Notes under the pieces: generated by a model
What the model saw: the letters and a program-made list of their open reading frames with translations, nothing else
Told to the model about the DNA's origin: nothing
The model's database searches: none
In this document: positions 57,845-64,000 of the stretch, piece after piece
Position numbering within the stretch: the stretch's first letter is position 1
How the letters are laid out: the number at the start of each line of letters is the position of its first letter
Position numbers and translations under genes: made by a program
From: a virus
Strand: one strand, 5' to 3'
Virus record (IMG/VR): IMGVR_UViG_3300037111_000040
Location: 32,001-96,000 of that record
DNA: 64,000 nucleotides

Positions 57845-58297
57845 ATGACGTAGATCGATTCCAAGACGTACTTTTACCTCTTCGTTCGGCAAGACCTCCC
57901 CATCGCTGCACAGATCGTGCAGACGAACCACGCGACATTTGATATGGCTTACACGCTCACCCAGAGCGCCGATCCTTCTACGCCTTCCATCGTGCTCATA
58001 GGCGTTCCCGACAAAAAAGCGCTTCACAAGGTAATCCAGAAGCTCAAGCTGAATCGCATCGAGTTCTCGGAGTTCCACGAGAGCGATGACGATCTGGGAC
58101 TCACTGCGGTCGCGACGATTCCTCTCGACGAGGATCAGCGCGCGGTGCTCCAGAACTACAAGCTTTGGAACGAAAACAATTTGACATACGCGCCTAGCTC
58201 AGTGGTCAGAGCGCCGTTGCAGTCTGACGGAGGTCCGAGGTTCGAATCCTTGGGCGCGTACCAACGGGCGGATAGCTCGACTATGCAGGAGGTGTGA
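57845..58297 (+). CDS. Peptidyl-tRNA hydrolase Pth2-like, interrupted by in-frame TAG at codon 3
   Basis: ATG ACG TAG ATC GAT... in frame with 'YLFVRQDL..AAQIVQTNHA...IVLIGV...E.D..LTAVAT.P...YKLW'. Confidence 0.75.
58188..58263 (+). tRNA. tRNA-like element with aberrant anticodon loop (GCAGTCT; nominal AGT)
   Basis: Perfect acceptor, D (TAGCTCAGTGG..AGAGC) and T (GGTTCGAATCC) arms and CCA; no U33 or purine 37. Confidence 0.7.
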
Positions 58298-58592
58298 ATC
58301 CTCCGCCGCCCGGAACGTAGTTCTTTGTGTTGAGGTCGGGAACGTCTTTAAGGTCAACCGAGACGAACCGTTCTTCGAACCGCGTGTCGAACAACGTCAG
58401 GCTGAACTTGTAGGTGGACTTTTTGTCTTCCCGGAGCTTCTTGATGTAGGTGTTGAAGCCGCCGATGGTGTCGTCGACACAACTTCCCATTGAGCCAGAT
58501 TTGTCGAGAACAAAGTTAATCAGAACGCTTCCGCGATTTTCTTTGCCCTTTGGCTTTGATTCTTTTTTGGTTTTCTTTGTGGACTTGGCCAT
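58281..58592 (-). pseudogene. N-terminal fragment of a vWA-domain protein
   Basis: MIDAS 'FVLDKSGSM', 'TIGGFN'; ends at 'YVPGGG' where 'T.L.DA' would follow. Confidence 0.65.
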
Positions 58593-58836
58593 GGATTTCT
58601 CCTCGCGAGATCGTCGCGGCTGTGGTTGAAATGTTTTCTGGGACCGTGTACGTCATAGTCGCGCTGACCCCGAGAGATTCAGTGATACTCCTGCCCGGTT
58701 CACGGCGGCGATTGTAAACGTCATTGAGGTAGGACGGCGACACGCCCAATGTCTGGGCAAAGTCCTTCTGGCTTTTCTCGCCCTGAAGCGTCTTCATGAT
58801 TTCGAGGAGGCCATCGATGTTCGTCACCGTGTGCAT
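58516..58836 (-). CDS. XRE-family HTH protein
   Basis: 'SQKDFAQTLGVSPSYLNDVYNRRREPG'. Confidence 0.75.
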   Translation of the reverse strand: MHTVTNIDGLLEIMKTLQGEKSQKDFAQTLGVSPSYLNDVYNRRREPGRSITESLGVSATMTYTVPENISTTAATISRGEIHGQVHKENQKRIKAKGQRKSRKRSD

Positions 58837-58932
58837 AAATTCGAGAATACGCGGATTTGCGTATTTGTCAAGAAGGACACCGCAGATGAAGAATTTATTG
58901 ACTACCGGCCCGCGAGGCGCTACCGTTCTGGT

Positions 58933-59166
58933 ATGGCAAGTACCGCCTTTCAGCCGATCATCGACCTTGTCAAGGGCTGGTCTGACAAGTTGCAGGGCGC
59001 TGAGGATTTCATCAATAAGCTTCCGGTTCCCGGAAAATCCTCCACCATGAAAACCAGCAGGGGCAAGCCCCCCCTCGCGACCTCGTGGTACTACTACGGC
59101 AAGCAACAGCCGCCGCGCCCCGGCGAGCAGAAGGCCGTGGCCCGCAAGCGCATCCCAAAAAAGTGA
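58933..59166 (+). CDS. Small basic protein ending ARKRIPKK
   Basis: Leaderless ATG downstream of a TTGACT promoter-like site. Confidence 0.55.
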   Translation: MASTAFQPIIDLVKGWSDKLQGAEDFINKLPVPGKSSTMKTSRGKPPLATSWYYYGKQQPPRPGEQKAVARKRIPKK

Positions 59167-59182
59167 TAAACCGATGAAGTGA

Positions 59183-59887
59183 TTAAAGGTACTTTAGATT
59201 ACATTCATCGCAATGCCATGTGGTTGATGGGCTTTTGCAGGCGACACACAGCCCTTTCATCCGAATGGCGCGAGTTCGCTCGCTTGTTCGTTTGGCGTTA
59301 GCTTCGCGACAGAGATCGCATCTACATCTGTGATAGGTATAGGTCGTGGTGACACCATGTATTGGCTTTGGTTTTACTCGTGGAGGCAAGGATGCCCGCG
59401 AGAGAGCATCACAAGAGAAGCCAAGCAATCCGGCTATTTGCCTCACCGTTTTCCCGTCATTTCGCAGCGATTCTATTTCAAGGATGTTGGCTCGAATCTT
59501 CTCTGAATTAGATTGACGAGCGGAAGATGAACCGACAATCTGGCGCACATATTCTCTTGTAAAACCGTATTTATTCCCAATTTTTTGCAGTGTCCAACCA
59601 TCCCTACGGAGGACTTTCATTTCCTCTCTGCGCGGATCGGCAGGTTTGGGTGGTATGGAGGCCCCAAGATCGTAGAATCCTGCCAACTCTCTGTTTAATC
59701 CCGGCCCATTATCAACGTGCCACTTGCTGTGACAAAATAAGCAAAGCCAACGCACATCTAGTGGTCTTGCATAATCGTCGTGGTGGGCGACAAGCCGTCG
59801 CTGTGCCCCACATTCTTCGCATAAGAGCGCGATTGTAATGCTTCCACGCTCAACCGCTGCTTTGACGAGTAGGTGAACGCGGGCCAT
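59183..59887 (-). CDS. HNH-like endonuclease with HTH and Zn-finger modules
   Basis: 'CEECG...AHHDDY..PLDVRWLC..CH..WH'; 'TLQKIGNKYGFTREYVRQI'; 'CRCDLC'. Confidence 0.8.
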   Translation of the reverse strand: MARVHLLVKAAVERGSITIALLCEECGAQRRLVAHHDDYARPLDVRWLCLFCHSKWHVDNGPGLNRELAGFYDLGASIPPKPADPRREEMKVLRRDGWTLQKIGNKYGFTREYVRQIVGSSSARQSNSEKIRANILEIESLRNDGKTVRQIAGLLGFSCDALSRASLPPRVKPKPIHGVTTTYTYHRCRCDLCREANAKRTSERTRAIRMKGLCVACKSPSTTWHCDECNLKYL

Positions 59888-59903
59888 TTTTTTCAAAAAC
59901 CTC

Positions 59904-59932
59904 TTGACAGTTTTCCTGATTGATTATATCGT
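59904..59932 (+). promoter_or_regulatory. Promoter of tRNA operon 3
   Basis: TTGACA-17-TATCGT, 7 nt before the GTG of the leader. Confidence 0.75.
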
Positions 59933-59939
59933 GGAAAAC

Positions 59940-60011
59940 GTGAGAACCCGATTCCATAACGCAGCGACACAGCCGACGCAACCAGCCGGTAATAGCGGCG
60001 GTGCGGACTAG
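59940..60011 (+). CDS. Leader peptide 2 MRTRFHNAATQPTQPAGNSGGAD (putative attenuator)
   Basis: Codons 2-18 are all R/T/F/H/N/A/Q/P/G, matching the downstream tRNAs. Confidence 0.8.
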   Translation: MRTRFHNAATQPTQPAGNSGGAD

Positions 60012-60053
60012 GGGTCTCAGACAGATTTTTTCCTAACACAGATGGAAAAACTT

Positions 60054-60093
60054 GAGACCCCCAGAACCGAAAGGAACTGGGGGTTCTCGTTTG
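60054..60093 (+). terminator. Attenuator terminator before tRNA operon 3
   Basis: ACCCCCAG..CC-GAAA-GG..CTGGGGGT-TCTCGTTT; left arm can alternatively pair with TAGGGGTCTCAG. Confidence 0.7.
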
Positions 60094-60102
60094 TGGGGAT
60101 GT

Positions 60103-60177
60103 TCAAGGGTAGCTCAATGGTAGAGCCCACGGCTGTTAACCGTGTCGTTGTGGGTCCGACTCCCACCCCTTGAGCCA
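60103..60177 (+). tRNA. tRNA-Asn(GTT)
   Basis: Loop CTGTTAA, G73, CCA. Confidence 0.88.
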
Positions 60178-60187
60178 GTTTAGAAGT

Positions 60188-60263
60188 TGGCTCTTCGTTC
60201 AATGGTTGAGGACCTTCGCCTCTGGAGCGAATGATCTGGGTTCGAGTCCCGGAGAGCCAGCCA
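60188..60263 (+). tRNA. tRNA-Gln(CTG)
   Basis: Loop CTCTGGA, U1-A72, CCA. Confidence 0.88.
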
Positions 60264-60275
60264 AGTTTGAGTTGT

Positions 60276-60349
60276 TCCCGGTTCGTTCAGTGGCAGGACG
60301 TGGGCCTTTGGAACCCAACACGGGAGTTCGATTCTCCCACCGGGTGCCA
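60276..60349 (+). tRNA. tRNA-Gln(TTG)
   Basis: Loop CTTTGGA, CCA. Confidence 0.85.
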
Positions 60350-60350
60350 C

Positions 60351-60424
60351 GCGGGGTTGATGTAGCGGTAGCATCGAAGTGTGCCACACTTTGCGCATCG
60401 GTTCGAACCCGATACCCCGCTCCA
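60351..60424 (+). tRNA. tRNA-Gly(GCC)
   Basis: Loop GTGCCAC, U73, CCA. Confidence 0.85.
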
Positions 60425-60503
60425 CTTTGGAGGAAGAAGAATGAAGATCGATTTGAACGCCGACATGCAGCATGTTTTCGCACGGTTGGCGAAAGGATTT
60501 CGA

Positions 60504-60578
60504 GCACCGTTAGTTGAGTCGGCACAACACGACCCTCGTAACGTCGAAGCCCCGGTTCGATTCCGGGACGGTGCTCCA
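60504..60578 (+). tRNA. tRNA-Thr(CGT)
   Basis: Loop CTCGTAA, CCA. Confidence 0.82.
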
Positions 60579-60611
60579 CAGATTGACGAGAGGTAGAAGA
60601 AAGGGGATTCC

Positions 60612-61157
60612 ATGGCACTCATACGGAGAGCGGTACTACAACTTAACGCGTCGTATGAGCCGCTGAGAATCGTCAGCGCGCGAAAGGCGCTCACGCTCAT
60701 AACCAAGGGCGTTGCCGTGGTGGAGGTGCCAACCAGCATCCAAGTCCACAAGGGAATCTACCTTCCTTCCGTCATCCGTTTGCGGCACTACAGGAACGTC
60801 CCGCACCGGATGCAGCAGGTTTCGAGGAAGAACATTTTCATTCGCGACGGTTTCAGGTGCATGTACTGCGGCGCGAAGAAGAACAACGGGGCAGAGCTTG
60901 AACTGGAGCACGTGATCCCGAGAAGCAGAGGTGGTAAGCAGTCATGGGACAACCTTGTTGCTGCCTGTTCCCCGTGCAATAGACGTAAGAACAACCGGAC
61001 GCCGGAAGAGGCTGGAATGAAGTTGATCCATAGGCCGCTGCCCGCGAATATCTTTACAAGCCGCTTCATTTTGAAACAGCTTGGCAGAGAAGTTGAGGAA
61101 TGGGGAAAGTTCCTTTTTTCTGATTCCGAAGGCGAAACGAGGTTACAATTTAGGTAA
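60612..61157 (+). CDS. HNH endonuclease (McrA-like)
   Basis: 'LNASYEPL','PSVIRL','RD.F.C.YCG','EHVIPRSRGG..SWDNLVAAC..CN.RK'. Confidence 0.9.
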   Translation: MALIRRAVLQLNASYEPLRIVSARKALTLITKGVAVVEVPTSIQVHKGIYLPSVIRLRHYRNVPHRMQQVSRKNIFIRDGFRCMYCGAKKNNGAELELEHVIPRSRGGKQSWDNLVAACSPCNRRKNNRTPEEAGMKLIHRPLPANIFTSRFILKQLGREVEEWGKFLFSDSEGETRLQFR

Positions 61158-61160
61158 AAG

Positions 61161-61883
61161 ATGCGCAAACTCGTCGGCAAAATTTACTTAATTCGTAATC
61201 TCGCGAACGGCAAGGGGTACGTCGGCCAGACCACGAAACAAACTGTGTGGATAAGGTTCAACCAGCACAAATACGAGGTCAAGCGCGGAAGCAATCTGCC
61301 CATACATAGGGCGATGAGAAAGTGGGGAGTTGAAAACTTCACAGTTATCGAAGTCGCCTCGTGTGATCCACTTTTGCTCGACGATCTCGAAAAGCACTTC
61401 ATCAAATTCTACAAAACCTACATCACAAGCGGTCGCGGCTATAACAGGACGGCAGGAGGGTACAGCGGATTCAACAGAGACGGAATCAGGATTCTTACAG
61501 AAAAGGGAAGCTCGACACTTTCAGATGTCCATAAGGGAAACTCTTATGCCAAGGGGCACAAAGTATCGGAAGAAGGAAGAGCGAGAATGGCCGAGGCTGC
61601 TAGAAATAGAGGACCGGTAACGCGCTCGCCAGAGTTGAGGGCCAGAATCTCGGCCACCTTGAAAGGACACCCTGTTGCAGAGGAATCGAGAGCGAAGATG
61701 TCAGCGTCGCACAAGGGGGTAAAAGTCGGCTACCGGAAACGCAGGCCGATGTCGGATGAGCACAAGGCGAAGATTTCCGCGAGTATGCGTGGAAAGAGGA
61801 AAACTCCGGAGTCCATAGCCAAGAGACTTGCGACTTGTGCTTTGCTTAACACGGGTGACACAAGATACCAGTTTGTTAACTAA
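61161..61883 (+). CDS. GIY-YIG homing endonuclease with NUMOD3 repeats
   Basis: 'KIYLIRNLANGKGYVGQT','GYN.T.GG', repeated 'SEE.RAKMS.S.KG'. Confidence 0.9.
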   Translation: MRKLVGKIYLIRNLANGKGYVGQTTKQTVWIRFNQHKYEVKRGSNLPIHRAMRKWGVENFTVIEVASCDPLLLDDLEKHFIKFYKTYITSGRGYNRTAGGYSGFNRDGIRILTEKGSSTLSDVHKGNSYAKGHKVSEEGRARMAEAARNRGPVTRSPELRARISATLKGHPVAEESRAKMSASHKGVKVGYRKRRPMSDEHKAKISASMRGKRKTPESIAKRLATCALLNTGDTRYQFVN

Positions 61884-61927
61884 CATAAATGTTCGTTATC
61901 GTCTCCAAATTTTGCTATACTCGGGAG

Positions 61928-62653
61928 ATGAAAAACGAAGAAAGGCGAAAAGCTGCTCGGAGGCGGTGGTACTACAGGAACAGGAAATCCAAGAAGGTGT
62001 TGAAGTCGCGAATTCCTGACGTACCGCTGCTTTCTGTTGAGGAACGTAAGACTATTAGCAGGGCGAATGCTGTGGTTGCGCTGGCGAAAGCTCATGCTAA
62101 AGCAAAAATCAAATCGGATCAGATACAACGTAAGAGAGAAGAGCGTCGATGCGTAATTTGCGGCGGTCCTGTTCTCGTTAAGAATCTGAAAGCAAAATCG
62201 TGCTCGGTGAGATGCGCGAAGATCGCCAGACGAAAAAGAAGAGAGAATTGGGAAAAGGCTTGCGCGTACTGCGGTTCCACATGTTCTGGTCAGAACAAGT
62301 ATTGCGACGACTGCAACAAAAGCCAAATCTACAAGATGGCTCAGTCTACTGAAGATGTAAGCGATTCAAAGGCTGTCAAGCGTCTGGTGCTTCGGAGAAG
62401 AGGACACAGATGCGAAGGATGCGGTTTAGATCAGTGGATGGGAAAAGCCATCCCGCTTGAACTTCACCATGTGGACGGGGATTCAGAGAATAACAAAGAT
62501 GAGAACCTGCAACTTCTCTGTCCTAATTGCCACGCTTTGACTCCAACGTTTCGTAATCGAAACAAAAGGAAGGCGAGCGAAAGAAGAAGAAAGATAAGAA
62601 AGACGAGAGAGTTTGCCGAAGTAGCTCAAGAGGAAGTAGCGGCGGTTTTGTGA
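61928..62653 (+). CDS. HNH endonuclease
   Basis: 'CEGCG...LELHHVDGD..NN..ENLQLLCPNCH..T'. Confidence 0.88.
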   Translation: MKNEERRKAARRRWYYRNRKSKKVLKSRIPDVPLLSVEERKTISRANAVVALAKAHAKAKIKSDQIQRKREERRCVICGGPVLVKNLKAKSCSVRCAKIARRKRRENWEKACAYCGSTCSGQNKYCDDCNKSQIYKMAQSTEDVSDSKAVKRLVLRRRGHRCEGCGLDQWMGKAIPLELHHVDGDSENNKDENLQLLCPNCHALTPTFRNRNKRKASERRRKIRKTREFAEVAQEEVAAVL

Positions 62654-62690
62654 ACCGCTGATGGGATTTCGAGTATCCCCTTCGGCCCCA
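62615..62690 (+). tRNA. tRNA-His(GTG) copy 1 (no encoded G-1)
   Basis: Loop TTGTGAA, C73, CCA. Confidence 0.75.
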
Positions 62691-62773
62691 AGCTCACTGG
62701 GACACGCGGAATCTCCCGCTTACGGGCGGGAGGGTGCTACCAAGCTATAACGTGTCCCGGTAGCGCGATTCAT

Positions 62774-62852
62774 GGCGGTGTTGGCAGAGCGGTCTATTGC
62801 GCGTGTCTGTGGCACACGTATTACATCGGTTCGAATCCGATACGCCGCCCCA
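62774..62852 (+). tRNA. tRNA-His(GTG) copy 2 (G-1:C73)
   Basis: Loop CTGTGGC, CCA. Confidence 0.85.
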
Positions 62853-62861
62853 AAGTTTTAC

Positions 62862-62937
62862 GGGCCTATAGCTCATTTAGGAGAGCGCCGCACTTGCAAT
62901 GCGGAGGCGGTCGGGGCGGAGCCGACTAGGTCCACCA
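62862..62937 (+). tRNA. tRNA-Ala(TGC)
   Basis: G3:U70, loop CTTGCAA, atypical T loop. Confidence 0.85.
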
Positions 62938-63032
62938 AGTTTGACTGGTGCCTCACCTGTAACGACGTAAGGGTGAAGGCGTCACGGGTCGCACGTCGCA
63001 AGGTAGAGGCCCGCTAAGTTTTTAGGAGAAAT

Positions 63033-63281
63033 ATGCGTCAATTCATAAAGCGATCCGAGCGCGGTTTTTCTCAGCGAAGACATGAGGGAGATTTGCGTAG
63101 GAGAAAGCAGTTCGCAAGCAAGATCGCGGATTGTTTCTTTGCTGAGAGTCCTTTCCAGCGGATGCTCATGAGGTGTGGACGCGCTCGGAAGCTGATGCAG
63201 GCATATCGCGCGAAGAAGATGATTCGCAGGCCGAGCAACTTTCGGCAGGATGTTTGGCAAGAGTTTTGTCGATTGAGCTAG
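63033..63281 (+). CDS. Arg-rich hypothetical protein
   Basis: AGGAG RBS; stop lies inside tRNA-Phe. Confidence 0.45.
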   Translation: MRQFIKRSERGFSQRRHEGDLRRRKQFASKIADCFFAESPFQRMLMRCGRARKLMQAYRAKKMIRRPSNFRQDVWQEFCRLS

Positions 63282-63343
63282 TGCAGTCATAGCGTCCGCC
63301 TGAAGAGCGGAAGAACTCGGGGCAGCACCGGGAGTCGACACCA
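63268..63343 (+). tRNA. tRNA-Phe(GAA)
   Basis: Loop CTGAAGA, atypical T loop, CCA. Confidence 0.78.
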
Positions 63344-63344
63344 T

Positions 63345-63421
63345 CGGGGAGGGGCGCGGTCAGGTAGCGCTTCGGTCTCGGGTACCGAAGGTCATGGGTT
63401 CGAATCCCATCTCCCCGACCA
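63345..63421 (+). tRNA. tRNA-Pro(CGG)
   Basis: Loop CTCGGGT, CCA. Confidence 0.85.
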
Positions 63422-63434
63422 TTTTGGAAGTCAC

Positions 63435-63511
63435 ACGGGTGTAGCGAAGTCTGGAAACGCACCTGCTTTGGGAGCAGGGGATCGGGGGTTCAAATCCCTC
63501 CACCCGTACCA
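63435..63511 (+). tRNA. tRNA-Pro(TGG)
   Basis: Loop TTTGGGA, CCA. Confidence 0.88.
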
Positions 63512-63521
63512 TTTTGAATGA

Positions 63522-63598
63522 GGGCCTATAGCGTAGTTGGATGACGCGGCAGACTACGAATCTGTTATACGGGGGTTCGAATCCCTCTAGGCCCTCCA
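63522..63598 (+). tRNA. tRNA-Arg(ACG)
   Basis: Loop CTACGAA, CCA. Confidence 0.88.
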
Positions 63599-63617
63599 TA
63601 AAAAGCGCAGAATTTGC

Positions 63618-63646
63618 TTGACGCGTTTTTGGAACCGTTGTAAGGT
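63618..63646 (+). promoter_or_regulatory. Sigma70-like promoter for the ncRNA repeat cluster
   Basis: TTGACG-17-TAAGGT. Confidence 0.55.
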
Positions 63647-63677
63647 TAGAGACGTTGCGTTTTTGAGATTGAGTTTT

Positions 63678-64000
63678 CGCTGACTGTTTGGCTTACATGC
63701 GCCTCAAAGCGAGGCATTTCAATTGAGATGAAACGAACCGGGTGCGATTCCCGGATGTCCCGAAAGGGTTGCCTGACGACTACAGCGGAGAAAAAAATTG
63801 GCTTGACTGATTTGCATACATGCTTTGAGAGCAGGAACACCATGCAGATCGACTACAAGCCATAAAGTTTGTGCTGACTGACTTGCTTACATGTCCTTTG
63901 GAGACCGAGGTCGGAGGTTCGAATCCTTCATCCTCCACCATCAAAGAATTGACGGGGGATTAGCTCAGCGGTAGAGCGCGTAAAATAGCAGATCGACTAC
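63678..64000 (+). ncRNA. Three tandem Y-RNA-like ncRNAs; the third has a permuted tRNA module (YrlA-like), truncated by window end
   Basis: Units share 5' (C/T)TGACTG..GC.TACATG and 3' GC....CGACTAC ends; unit 3 has T arm and acceptor before the D arm. Confidence 0.6.

Noticed and set aside
57845-57853. Genome-wide TAG reassignment (alternative genetic code)
   Set aside because: Many genes end cleanly at TAG with the next gene close behind (e.g. 3202, 8696, 20080, 20540), and long ORFs are not fragmented. The Pth2 amber is local.
63678-64000. CRISPR array or normal tRNA at the window end
   Set aside because: Repeats are bipartite pairing ends, not identical direct repeats; tRNA halves are in reversed order with no anticodon arm.

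Overview
The window is part of a large tailed dsDNA phage genome with a podovirus-like layout. The host is probably a GC-rich diderm soil bacterium, Acidobacteriota-like by inference only. Bases 1-44.4 kb are a morphogenesis region: terminase C-terminus, portal, scaffold, major capsid protein, adaptor/tail proteins, a block of exported, envelope and lysis proteins, fibres, and ejection/polyvalent proteins. Bases 44.4-53.7 kb hold a Cas4-like nuclease, a glycosyl/methyltransferase operon and small genes. Bases 53.9-64 kb are an array of 27 tRNAs and one tRNA-like element, interspersed with homing endonucleases, a Pth2 gene and Y-RNA-like repeats. Top discovery: two of the tRNA operons are each preceded by a leaderless leader-peptide ORF and a terminator/antiterminator. 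Each leader is made almost entirely of codons for the amino acids whose tRNAs lie in its own operon (C/L/S/Y versus R/T/F/H/N/A/Q/P/G). These look like ribosome-stalling attenuators that would switch on phage tRNAs when the matching host tRNAs are depleted. Other strong signals: an amber codon at position 3 of Pth2; homing endonucleases inserted antisense with the opposite strand kept open, one wholly inside a virion protein gene; and about ten small basic proteins, eight of which share a C-terminal motif. All calls are by eye; no database searches were run.
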